DNA of 40,029 nucleotides from Candidatus Eiseniibacteriota bacterium (GTDB taxonomy: Bacteria > Eisenbacteria > RBG-16-71-46). Shown here one piece after another: positions 1-9,619 of the stretch. The stretch covers positions 1-40,029 of the forward strand of contig CAVSAC010000006.1 of assembly GCA_963725865.1 (NCBI GenBank). The letters run 5' to 3'. The position numbers and the translations under genes are program-made. The number at the start of each line of letters is the position of its first letter. Positions within the stretch are counted from its first letter, which is position 1. The notes under the pieces are model-generated. The model was not told the DNA's origin and searched no databases. It worked only from the letters and a program-made list of their open reading frames with translations.

Positions 1-670
1 TCCAGCCGGTCTCGGTCTGGCGCCGCGCCACCTCGGGCAACGAAGCCAGCCCGGCCGCGAGCGAGGCCTCGAGGAACTCGCGCAGCTCGTGCTTCACGCC
101 CTCGTCGAGCGCGCGGCGCACCGCCCACACCGCGTACACGAACGACAGACCGGTCCATTCCAGCCAGTCCGCGCCGAGATCGAGCGTCTGGGTGAAGCCC
201 TCGGGGCGCCGGTCGCGCATGCGCATGGCCTCGTCGCCGATCATGAGCAGCGCGTCGGCCTGGGCGGGCTCGAGGCCGCGAACGTAGCGCACGTCCTCAA
301 GGCCGCGCCGCACGTCGAGGAGCAGGTGGAGCAGGCGGATCGAGGTCGACGTGGCGGGAGTGACCGACACCATCGCGTGCGCGAGCGCCGCCGCCGGCTT
401 GCGCGAGTAGAGCAGCACCGAGTCCACCGCGCCGCGTCGCGCGACGCCGAACGGGCCGAGCAGCTCGAAGCGGTCCTTGAGGCGCAGGTAGTCGCCCGCG
501 GCCATCACGCCGAGATCCACGCGGCCGGCCTCGGCCTCGCGGCCGAGCTCGCGCGGCACCAGGTTGCGGACCGCGAACGGCGCCTCGGACCACAGGGCGT
601 AGAACGGCGCGCAGTTCGCGTAGGGGATGCGCGCGGCGATGGTCCTGGTGGAGAGATGGGGTTGGCTCAT
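1..670 (-). CDS. mqnA: Chorismate dehydratase (futalosine pathway); 3' end runs off the window
   Basis: Manual translation from ATG 670 (not in ORF track): MSQPHLSTRTIAARIPYANCAPFY...VPRELG...GAVDSVLLYS...TSTSIRLL...LMIGDEAM...DLGADWLEWTGLSFVYAVWA, which are typical MqnA motifs; mqnE and mqnP are also in the window. Confidence 0.88.
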   Translation of the reverse strand, partial: MSQPHLSTRTIAARIPYANCAPFYALWSEAPFAVRNLVPRELGREAEAGRVDLGVMAAGDYLRLKDRFELLGPFGVARRGAVDSVLLYSRKPAAALAHAMVSVTPATSTSIRLLHLLLDVRRGLEDVRYVRGLEPAQADALLMIGDEAMRMRDRRPEGFTQTLDLGADWLEWTGLSFVYAVWAVRRALDEGVKHELREFLEASLAAGLASLPEVARRQTETGW

Positions 671-739
671 GGCGCGCGGAATCCTACGACACGCGCCGCG
701 CGCGGTCGAGGCACGCACCCGAGCGCGCCGGCGCGGCCC

Positions 740-1636
740 TCACAACGGCAGCTCCACCTGCACCACCGGCTCGGGGGGCGCCAGCCGGACCGGGCGCCGG
801 TCGCCGATGCCGTGGCGGCGCCTGAGCGCGGCCACCTGCTCGCGCGCCGCGTCGACCCGCGCCCGCGCCAGGTAGGCGCCGCGCGCGAACAGCGCCTCGT
901 AGCGCGGCACCAGCTCGGGCCGGTCGCGCGCCAGGCACTCGAAGAAGTGCTCGCGCACGCCCTCGCGCAGGTTCACCAGGTCGACCCACAGGAAGGTGGC
1001 GCCCGCCGCGCGCGCCGCGCGCACCACCTGCTCGAGCTGCGCGGGCGCGTCCGAGAGCCCCGGCAGCACCGGCGCCATGCCGACGCCGGCGCGCACGCCG
1101 CCCGCCACCAGGCGCGCCAGGGCGCGCAGCCGCGAGCGCGGTGGCGGCGTACCCGGCTCGGTCTCGCGCCACACCCGCTCGTCGAGCGTCGGGATCGAGA
1201 ACGACACGCTCGCGCCGCCGCGCCGCGCCGCCTGCTGGAGCACGTCGAGGTCGCGCACCACCAGCGGGCCACGCGTCAGCAGGTTGAACGGCGTGCGGTG
1301 GTCCGCGAAGGCCTCGAGGCAGGCGCGCGTGAGCCGGTAGCGGCCTTCGGCCGGCTGGTAGGGGTCCGTGGCGCTGCCGATGCCGACCTCCTCGCGCCGC
1401 CACGAATCGCGCGCGAGCTCACGCCGCAGCACCTCGGCGACGTTGGTCTTGACGCGGATGCTCCAGCCGTAGCGCTCGTCGCTCGGCCGCTGGGCGCGGC
1501 GCTCAAAGGTGCGCACGTAGCAGAACGTGCAGCGGTGCGCGCACCCCATGTAGGGGTTGAGCGACCAGCCGAAGCCCCTCCCGGTCACCCGGTTGAGGGC
1601 GGTGCGACAGCTCTCCTCGCGGTACTGGACGCGCAT
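740..1636 (-). CDS. Radical SAM protein, spore photoproduct lyase-like / Rv2578c family
   Basis: LNPYMGCAHRCTFCYVR (CxxxCxxC), GSATDPYQPAEGRY, EPGTPPPRSRL; likely start MRVQYREE at 1636. Confidence 0.88.
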   Translation of the reverse strand: MRVQYREESCRTALNRVTGRGFGWSLNPYMGCAHRCTFCYVRTFERRAQRPSDERYGWSIRVKTNVAEVLRRELARDSWRREEVGIGSATDPYQPAEGRYRLTRACLEAFADHRTPFNLLTRGPLVVRDLDVLQQAARRGGASVSFSIPTLDERVWRETEPGTPPPRSRLRALARLVAGGVRAGVGMAPVLPGLSDAPAQLEQVVRAARAAGATFLWVDLVNLREGVREHFFECLARDRPELVPRYEALFARGAYLARARVDAAREQVAALRRRHGIGDRRPVRLAPPEPVVQVELPL

Positions 1637-1643
1637 GGGCGGG

Positions 1644-1680
1644 ACCATCGCACGACCGGACCCGGTGCTCAAGTGTGCAG
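1644..1680 (-). promoter_or_regulatory. Putative sigma70 promoter (TTGAGC-17 nt-GATGGT, extended TG) with a candidate LexA operator overlapping the -35
   Basis: Minus strand reads CTGCACACTTGAGCACCGGGTCCGGTCGTGCGATGGTCCCGCCC-ATG; TGCAC-actt-GAGCA is 1 mismatch from the lexA palindrome. Confidence 0.55.
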
Positions 1681-1699
1681 GCGCGAGGCGGAAGCGCCC

Positions 1700-2320
1700 T
1701 CAGTGACGCACCACCACGCCGCCCCGGAACGCGCCCGAGCGCAGCGCGCCGTAGGCGTGGTCCATCCACAGCTCCCGCCAGCCGAGGTCGAGGTCGGCAT
1801 GCGCGAGCCCGGTCGGCACCTGCACGCCGAGGCTGGCGGCGACCACGGGGTGGGTCTCGTGTCCGCCGCCCACGGTGAACGAGGGCCCGTTCATGTCGTC
1901 GAAGCGCATCCTTCCCGCCTGCAGCCAGCCCGCGCCGCTGGCGAGTCCGGCATGGAGCGCGCCCCGGCTGCCGCGCGGCAACGCGGCACGCAGCTCGAAG
2001 CCCATCAGCGCGGTGACGAGCGTGAACGGCTCGCTGCCGCGCAGCGACACCTCCGGCACGCTGACGAACCCGCCGCCGCCGCCGAAGCGGTCCCGCGTGA
2101 CGTCTGCCGTCAGCCGGAGCGCGGGGGCCGCGTCGTACACGAGCCCAGCGCCGAGCGAAGTGCCCTGACTCGGCATGGGAAGCACCCGCGAACTGGTCGC
2201 GGACGGCCAGTTCGCCCCGCCCTGCACCCGCAGCGAGAACCGATCGAGGGGGGACGCGCCAGCGAGCGCGGCGTGCGCCAGCAGGACGCAAGCGAGGATC
2301 AACGGAGTGGACCTGTGCAT
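1700..2320 (-). CDS. Secreted protein, probable outer-membrane beta-barrel
   Basis: Signal peptide MHRSTPLILACVLLAHAALAGA, then alternating Gly/hydrophobic beta-strand pattern; GAGGAGG RBS upstream. Confidence 0.6.
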   Translation of the reverse strand: MHRSTPLILACVLLAHAALAGASPLDRFSLRVQGGANWPSATSSRVLPMPSQGTSLGAGLVYDAAPALRLTADVTRDRFGGGGGFVSVPEVSLRGSEPFTLVTALMGFELRAALPRGSRGALHAGLASGAGWLQAGRMRFDDMNGPSFTVGGGHETHPVVAASLGVQVPTGLAHADLDLGWRELWMDHAYGALRSGAFRGGVVVRH

Positions 2321-2505
2321 GGAAACGTCCTCCTCGGAAGCGGCGCCTCCGGCGCCACGCCAGTGGCAGGGACCCCGGTCCAGGGACTGAGCCGTTGTAC
2401 CCCCGCCGCCCCGGAGGGGTTCCCGCTCGGCACGGGCCGGCACCCGCCGGCCGCGTCGAGGCGCGTGCTCGTGGAGCCGCCGGCGGTCGACCGCGGGCCG
2501 CGGGC

Positions 2506-3105
2506 TCAGCCGCCGACGCCGATGCTGAAGGCGATCGAGCGCGTGGTCCCGTCCGCGCCCAGGAGCGCGAGGCCCTGCACGCCGACGCGCAGGTCCAGCC
2601 CCGCGGAGCCACTCGGCAGCCGCAGCCCCAGCCCCGCCGCCAGCGCCGGCGCGAACTCGGCGCGCGAGCGCTCGGTCCACGCGTGGCCGGTCAGGTCGCT
2701 GCCGTGCGCGACGCCCACGCGTGCGCAGCCGATCCCCGCGCCGGCGCGCGCGAACGGCGAGGCCGCGCCCGGCCGCGCCCGGCCGAACTCGACACCCGCG
2801 AGCGCCGCGGTGACGCAACAGCCATCCCGCACCTCGCGAGCGCCCCCGCTCCGCGCGGCATCGCGGTCGTGGGGATAGCGCTCGTGCACGATGCTGACCT
2901 CGGCGCGCAGCGTCCGGCTGAGCGCGAGCGCGATCCCGCCGCCGAACACCGGAGCCGTGCCGTGCAGCGCATCGAGCGCCACCGGCGTCGAGGTCGCCCC
3001 GAGCCCGAACTCGAAGTGGTATCTGAGCGGCGCGGTCTGCGCGGTGGCGGTGGGGCTCGCGGTGACCGCGAGCGCGACGAGTGCGGCGGCGAAGGTGCGC
3101 TTCAT
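2506..3105 (-). CDS. Secreted protein, probable outer-membrane beta-barrel (OmpA/OmpW-like)
   Basis: Signal peptide MKRTFAAALVALAVTASPTATA; strands such as FGGGIALAL and SPFARAGAGIG; GAGGAG RBS. Confidence 0.65.
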   Translation of the reverse strand: MKRTFAAALVALAVTASPTATAQTAPLRYHFEFGLGATSTPVALDALHGTAPVFGGGIALALSRTLRAEVSIVHERYPHDRDAARSGGAREVRDGCCVTAALAGVEFGRARPGAASPFARAGAGIGCARVGVAHGSDLTGHAWTERSRAEFAPALAAGLGLRLPSGSAGLDLRVGVQGLALLGADGTTRSIAFSIGVGG

Positions 3106-3365
3106 GGCCGGCTCCTCATCGAGGGCGAGTTCACGGCGGTCGATCGCTCGGAGCGCGGGTCCCTGGCCTCCCGGACCGGGCATCCTCCGTCGCCCTCGTG
3201 GGACAGGTTACGGCGGGCACGGATCGAGGTTGCCGGGCTCGGACCGGCGATGCGTTCCGAGCCCCCAGCGACGCCGCTCGAGCCACCGGCGACGGCCCCG
3301 CGGCGGCGGTCCCGAGCATTGGCGCGTCGCTTAAGGCCCGCGCGCGCCGGGCCGATAACGGCGCC

Positions 3366-5450
3366 ATGGCCGTCGCCCTGCTGACCCTCGCGCTGCCGCT
3401 GGTCCTGCCGCTCGCGCTGGTGGCGCTGCTGCGCGCGCGCGTGCTGCGTGCCGAGGCGCCCGACCCGGCGCGGGCGTGGTTCGGGTTCTGGCAGGCCACC
3501 CAGTCCGCCACCCTGGTGGCATGGATCGGCTGGTTGATGGCGCAGTGGTGGGTCCAGCGCCACGTGCCGGGCCTGCTCTCGACCCGCGCGCTCGCCCCCT
3601 GGCTCGCACCCGCCGCGGGGGTGTGCGTGGCGCTGGCGCCGCCGGCGCTGGTCTCGCTCGCCATCGTCGCGCTCACCCATGCGGTCTCGGCGCGGCTGCG
3701 CGGCGAGGGCTGGGCCCGCGGCGAGGCGTTGCGCCACGCCGCCTGGCAGCTGGCCGGCGTCGTGCTCCCGCTCGCCGCGTTCATCGCGGCGGTGGCGCTC
3801 GCCTTCCGCTCCGAGTGGCGGCCGGCCGCGCTCTGGGCGCTGGCGGCGGCCGGGTCGCGCTGGGGGTGCGAGCGGCAGCGCCTGCGCGCCCTCGACCTGA
3901 CGCCGTATTCGGTCACCGCCGGCGCGCTGCGCGACCGCGTGTTCGGCCTCGCGAGCGCCGCCGGCGTGCGCCTGCGGATGCTCTACATCATGCCCACCGC
4001 GCGCGGACGGATCGCCAACGCGTTCGCGGTGCGCGGCGGCGTGGTGCTGCTCACCGACCACCTGCTCCAGCACCTGAGCCGGCGCGAGGTCGACGCGGTG
4101 CTCGCCCACGAGCTGACGCACCTGCGCCGCGGACACGCGCGCTGGATGATGGCGCCGATGGTGGTGATCGTGCTCGCGACCACCTTCGGCGGCTGGAGCC
4201 TCGATCCGCTGGTGCTGTTCCCGGCCTCGTTCGCGGCCGGCCTGCTCGCCACGCTGCTGCTCATGCGTCGTTTCGAGTACCAGGCCGACCGCGGCGCGAT
4301 CGAGCTCACCCGCGATCCCGAGGCGCTCGTCTCGGCGCTGGCCGCGCTCGGGCGGCTGAACCACGTGCCCCAGGAGTGGGGGCCCTGGTCGGGCGTGCTG
4401 CTCACGCATCCGTCGGTCGCCGACCGCGCCCGCGCCATCGGCCGCGCCGCGGGCCTCGACCCGGCCCGCATCGAGGCGGTGCGACGCGACGGCTGCGGCG
4501 ATGCGGATCATCACGAGCTGCCGTCCGCGGCGGCGGGCAAGGTGTTCTCGACCCGGCGCAAGGCCGAGTACGGCCTGCGCGTCACGCTCGCCATGACCGC
4601 GGCGCTGGCGCTCGGCGCCGTGCTCGCGTTGGCGCTGACCGCGGCGCTGGCACCCGGCTGGCCGCGCCCGCTCACCATCGCGCTGGCCGCCGCGGCCGCG
4701 TTCGCGCTCGCGCTCGGCGTGTTCGACCTGCTCGCCGCGCGCGGCGTCGCCGGCCTGCGGCGCTCGCTCGCGCCCAGGCTCGCCGCCGAGGGCATCGACG
4801 TCGCCGGCGGGCGCTTCGTCACCCTGGCGCCGAGCGCGCGGGTGCGCATCTACGAAGGGCACACCGACTGGGACGCGGGCTTCCTGTTCGTGCGCGGCGA
4901 CCGGCTGTGCTACGTCGGCGAGGAGACCCGGTTCACGCTGCGGCGCGACGAGGTCATCGCGGTGCGCCTCGGCGCGCGCGCGCCGGGCTGGGTCGGGGCC
5001 CCGCGCGTGGTGCTCGATTGGCGCGGCGGCGCGATCAGTCTGCGCCCGGCCGACGTCACCCGGGTCAGCGCGGGGCGCGAGGCCTCGTGGCGGCTGCTCG
5101 GCGTGCTGGGCGCGTGGCTCGACGGACTCGCCGAGGACCGCGCGAGCGCGCCGTGCCCATCGCTCGACGCCCTCGGTCACCCCGACCTGCTCGAGGTCAC
5201 CTCGAACACGCCGCGCGAGGCCGCGCATCCGCGCACGCTGGCCCCCATGCTGGTCGTGCTGGCCCTCGTCGTCGCGCTGGCGTGCGGGCTCGTCGGCCTG
5301 CCGTTCGGCGTCACCGGCACGCCCGGCTTCGCCGAGGCCTGGCTCGCCGCGAGCCTCGCGGTGGTCGCCTTTCGCCTGCCGTGGTGGCGCTGGCGCGAGC
5401 GCGCCGTCCCACCGGCGGCCGCGCCGCCCGAGCAGCGCCGCGCCGCCTGA
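3366..5450 (+). CDS. M48 family (HtpX/Ste24-like) membrane zinc metalloprotease with a long C-terminal extension
   Basis: ANAFA, AVLAHELTHL (HExxH), EYQADRGA, LTHPSVADR; multiple TM segments. Confidence 0.85.
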   Translation: MAVALLTLALPLVLPLALVALLRARVLRAEAPDPARAWFGFWQATQSATLVAWIGWLMAQWWVQRHVPGLLSTRALAPWLAPAAGVCVALAPPALVSLAIVALTHAVSARLRGEGWARGEALRHAAWQLAGVVLPLAAFIAAVALAFRSEWRPAALWALAAAGSRWGCERQRLRALDLTPYSVTAGALRDRVFGLASAAGVRLRMLYIMPTARGRIANAFAVRGGVVLLTDHLLQHLSRREVDAVLAHELTHLRRGHARWMMAPMVVIVLATTFGGWSLDPLVLFPASFAAGLLATLLLMRRFEYQADRGAIELTRDPEALVSALAALGRLNHVPQEWGPWSGVLLTHPSVADRARAIGRAAGLDPARIEAVRRDGCGDADHHELPSAAAGKVFSTRRKAEYGLRVTLAMTAALALGAVLALALTAALAPGWPRPLTIALAAAAAFALALGVFDLLAARGVAGLRRSLAPRLAAEGIDVAGGRFVTLAPSARVRIYEGHTDWDAGFLFVRGDRLCYVGEETRFTLRRDEVIAVRLGARAPGWVGAPRVVLDWRGGAISLRPADVTRVSAGREASWRLLGVLGAWLDGLAEDRASAPCPSLDALGHPDLLEVTSNTPREAAHPRTLAPMLVVLALVVALACGLVGLPFGVTGTPGFAEAWLAASLAVVAFRLPWWRWRERAVPPAAAPPEQRRAA

Positions 5451-5468
5451 GCGCGGCGAGCGCCGGGC

Positions 5469-7055
5469 TCAGCCCTCGCGCAGCGCCTCGAGGAACGCGT
5501 CGCCGTAGCGCGCGAGCTTGGCCGGGCCGACGCCGGGGACGCCGAGCAGCTCGTCGCTCGGTGCGCGGCACGCGCGCGGCCATCGCGCGCAGCACGGCGT
5601 CGCTGAAGACGATGTAGGCGGGCACGCCCTCGGCGTCGGCGAGCCGCCGGCGCAGCACGCGCAGGCGCTCGAACAGCTCCGGGTCGTCCGGCAGCTCGTC
5701 CGTCGAACATCGGCCGCGGCCGCCCGGCGCCGGCCGCGCGCGCCGCGATCCGCGCGTCGTCCCGCGGGGCGACGAGGTCGGCGACCGTGATGCCGCGGCA
5801 GACGTCGCACGAGCCGCCGCAGGGCCCGAGCGTCTCGTCGAAGTAGCCGCACCAGCGCCTGGTGCCGGCAGCCGCCGCGGTCGAGCAGGCGGAACAGCTC
5901 GACCGTCTTGCGCGCGCGTCTCCTCGCGCTGCGCCGGGGTCGTCGATCCGCGTCGAGGAACGAGTCGTAGCCGATCACGTCGGCCCACGAGTAGTAGACA
6001 GCACGCAGTCGCTCGGCAGGCCGTCGCGGCCGGCGCGGCCGATCTCCTGGTACCAGCGCCTCGATGCTCTTGGGCATGTCGCGGTGGACGACGAAGCGCA
6101 CGTTGCTCTTGTCGATGCCCATGCCGAACGCGACGGTGGCGACGACCACGTCGACCTCGTCGCGCGCGAACGCGTCCTGGTGGCGCTCGCGCACCTCGTC
6201 GCGGCAGGCCGGCGTGGTAGGGCAGCGCGCTGCACGCCCTGCGCCGCGCAGCCACGCGGCGGTCGCGTCCACCGTGCGGCGGCTCATGCAGTAGACGATC
6301 GCCGCTCTCGCCGGCGTGGCGGCGCAGCAGCCCGAGCAGGTCCTTGCGCACGTTGCGCGCTTGGCTGGCCGTCGCTGCTCGCCCTTGCGCTGACCACGGT
6401 GATGCGCAGGTTCGGGCGGAAGAACGAGCCCTTGAAGCCGTCGGGCTTCACCATGCCGAGCTGGCGGATGATGTCGCCCACCACGCGGCGCGTCGCGGTC
6501 GCGGTGAGCGCCAGCACCGGGATGTCGCCGAGCTCCTCCTTGAGGCCCTGCAGCTGCGGTACGCGGGCCGGAAGTCGTGGCCCCACTGGCTGATGCAGTG
6601 CGCCTCGTCGACCACCACGAGGCTCACCGGGCAGCTCGGCGATGAAGCTGCGCAGCGAGCCCTCGAGCGCCTCGGGCGCCAGGTAGAGCAGCTCGATCTC
6701 GCCGCGGCGGAGCGCCGCGAGCCGCTCGCGCCGCTCCTCGAACTCCAGCGTCGAGTTGAGCGACCGTGGCGCGGAAGCCGAGGCGCACGAGCGCGTCCAC
6801 CTGGTCCTTCATGAGCGAGATGAGCGGCGAGATCACCAGCACCGCGCCGGGCAGGATCTTGGCGGGCATCTGGAACGTGAGCGACTTGCCGGCGCCGGTC
6901 GGCATCACGCCGATGCAGTCGCGCCCGGCGAGCACGGCGTCGATGATCTCGCGCTGCCCCGGGCGGAACTCGCGGTAGCCGAAGACGGTCTCGAGCACCT
7001 GCTGCGGGTCCGCGTACTTCGCCGAGTGGAAGAGCGGGGCGCTGGACTCGAGCAA
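5469..7055 (-). CDS. recQ: RecQ family ATP-dependent DNA helicase with HRDC domain (several frameshifts, probably sequencing errors)
   Basis: Fragments across frames: [102 protein letters not shown]. Confidence 0.92.
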
Positions 7056-7278
7056 GGTCCCTCCGTGGACGGGCGCGGGGCGGGGATGGAGCCGGTGGAA
7101 CGCGGCCGGACGGCCGGCGCGACGGCGGATGAGGTGAATCTAGTGGAATCGCGCGGACAGCGCACGGGGCATCCGGTCCACGGTCGCGATCCCGCGATGC
7201 CCGCGCTGGACGGACGGACCGGGGCCGGCAGGGCGCCACGCCGGCGCCGCCGCCAGCTGGCCGCGGGATCCTGCGGCG

Positions 7279-7729
7279 TCAGCGCTCGAGGCCGAGCGCG
7301 AGCGTCCGGTCTCGAGCAGCGGTCGTTGAGCCCCGCGAGCACCGGGTTCCAACCGTGCGCGACCTCGCGCCAGGTCGCGGTCTCGCTCTCGAACTCGTCG
7401 TGGACCAGCGTGAGCTTGCAGGTCTCGCCGCGCGCGTCGATCTCCCACGCCACCCGCGACGGGCGGTCGTGACGGGCCTGCGGGTGATGGAGCATCGCGA
7501 ACGAGTGCACCAGCCGTGCCGGGGGCTCGCACTCCAGCACCACGCCCTGCAGCGCGACGGTGCCGTCGTCCTCGAGCCAGGTGATCGGCGCCCCGACGAC
7601 GAACGAGCTGGTGACGGCGGTGCCGTAGAAGTAGCGCCGCGACACCTCCGCGGAGGTGAGCGCCTCCCACAGCCGCTCGGGCGTGGTGCGGATGTGGACT
7701 TCGTAGACGTGTCGGGGGCCGCTACTCAT
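7279..7729 (-). CDS. SRPBCC/AHSA1 (START-like) domain protein; frameshift near the 3' end
   Basis: MSSGPRHVYEVHIRTTPERLWEALT...VLECEPPARLVHSF...CKLTLVHDEF...GWNPVLAGL; the frame-shifted tail LLETGR ends at TGA near 7279. Confidence 0.8.
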
Positions 7730-7881
7730 CGCGGGCGGAGTATAGCGGCCGCCGCGCCCGCGGCGAAGCACGGCCACCCGCGGCCACCCGCGCCAGCACG
7801 CCGGCCGCGCACCCGCACCCGGCAGAGCCCGGCGCGCCGCGGCGAGCCCCGCCGACCGCAGCCGTGCGAGATGCGGTGGAG

Positions 7882-8278
7882 TCAGCGCTCGCGCTCCACG
7901 GGCAGACCGCGCGCGATCCAGCCGCGCCAGCCCTCGTCCAGCGAGGTCGCGTTCGTATAGCCCATCCTCCGCAGGTTGTCGCAGGCGAGCACGCTGCGGT
8001 AGCCGCCGCCGCAGTGCAGCACCAGCGGCGTCGCCTGGTCGGGAATGGCCTTCTCGATGTCGCGCTCGAGGATGCCCTCGCCCAGGTGCGTCGCGCCGGG
8101 CATGCGCGCCTGCGTCCCACTCGCGGTCCTCGCGCACGTCGACGAGCACCAGCGGCTCGCCGGCGGCGCAGCCGCTCGAGGTACTCGCTCGATGGTGAGC
8201 TCGCGCACCCGCGGCCGCGCCTCGTTCACGATCGCGACGAAGCCGGGTGCGTGGTGCGTGCGCGCTCGGGGGCGTCAC
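7882..8278 (-). CDS. Single-domain rhodanese-like sulfurtransferase (frameshifted)
   Basis: LVLVDVREDREWDAG, PGATHLGEGILERDIE, active-site loop LHCGGGYRS, SLDEGWRGW. Confidence 0.85.
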
Positions 8279-8287
8279 GGGGCTGGC

Positions 8288-9432
8288 TCACGACGACGCC
8301 GCCGGCTCGGGCGCGGCGCCGCGCGGGTACTCGCGCACGACGCGGTAGAGCGCGTCGCGCTGCACCGGGACCTTGCCGGCCTCGCGGATCATCTGCACCA
8401 TGCCGGCCTCGGCCATGCCGACCGGGCTGCGGGCGAGCGCGGCGTGCGCGATCTTCTCCTGCCCGATCGTGCCGTCGAGGTCGAGGCGCCGAAGTTGAGC
8501 GCCGACGCCGCGGTGTCCTGGCCGAGCATGACCCAGTAGCCCTTCACGTGCGGCACGTTGTCGAACACGAGCCGCGAGATGGCGATGGTCTTGAGGTCCT
8601 CGATCGCCGACGCCTGCCGGCGCACGAGGCCGGTGACGCCGGGCTGGAACGCCAGCGGGATGAACGCGAAGAAGCCGGGCGCGCGTCGCTCGAGCTCGCG
8701 CAGGTCGATCAGGTGCTGCACGCGCTCGGCGCGCGTCTCGATGTGGCCGTAGAGCAGCGTCGCGTTGCTCGGGATGCCCAGCGCGATGCGCGATCTCGTG
8801 GATCTCGAGCCAGCGCTTGCCGCCGATCTTCTGGTGGAACAGCTCGCGGCGCACGCGCTCGCTGAACACCTCGGCGCCGCCGCCCGGCAGCGCGTCGAGC
8901 CCGGCCGCGCGCAGCTCGCTCGAGCACCCACTCGGCGGGCTTCTTGGTGAGCCGGCAGAAGAAGTCGATCTCGACCGCGGTGTAGGCCTTCACGCTCAGG
9001 TCGGGCTTCTTCTCCTTCACCCAGCGGATGATGTCGAGGTAGTCGTCGAAGCGCCACTTGTTGTGCAGCCCGCCGACGATGTGGATCTCGTGGATGTCGG
9101 GATCCACGTGCGCCAGCACCTGCTCCTTCGTCATCGTGTAGGCGTCGGGCGCGCCGGGCTTCTTGGCGTAGTCGCAGAACCGGCACGCGAGCACGCAGAC
9201 GTTGGTCGGGTTGAGCTGGCGGTTGACGCGTGAAGTAGACGCGGTCGCCGTGGCGGTCGCGCGCGATCGCGTTGGCGAGGCGGCCCAGATCCATGACATC
9301 GGCGTCGAACAGGCGCACGCCCTGTTCCTGGGGGATGCGGCCCCCGTCGAGGAGCAGGCGCTGCGCCTGGGCGACCAGCGGGTCGCGCAGGCTGAGCGTG
9401 CGGACGTGGTCGAAGGATGTGGCTCGCGGCAT
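8288..9432 (-). CDS. mqnE: Aminodeoxyfutalosine synthase, radical SAM (frameshifted)
   Basis: NRQLNPTNVCVLACRFCDY, EIHIVGGLH, KAYTAVEIDFF, SNATLLYGHIET, FIPLAFQP, PHVKGYWVMLG. Confidence 0.85.
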
Positions 9433-9619
9433 GGGGTCGGTGTTCCTCCGGGGCCGGGTGGAGGCGCGGAGTATAGCGACCGCGCCGGCGCCGGTCGAGA
9501 CGCGCGGCGCACCGGCCGCCGACGTGGCGAGGCCCGGCGCCGACGCGCCGGGCCTCGTGCTGCGACCGCGCCGGCCGGGGGGTCGACGCGGCCCGTGGAC
9601 GCGGAGGCTCGCCGCCGCG

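Noticed and set aside
89..2878. 929-aa plus-strand ORF and other long Arg/Ala/Pro-rich ORFs (e.g. 16891-18903, 3102-5228)
   Set aside because: Shadow ORFs antisense to recognisable genes, expected in very GC-rich DNA
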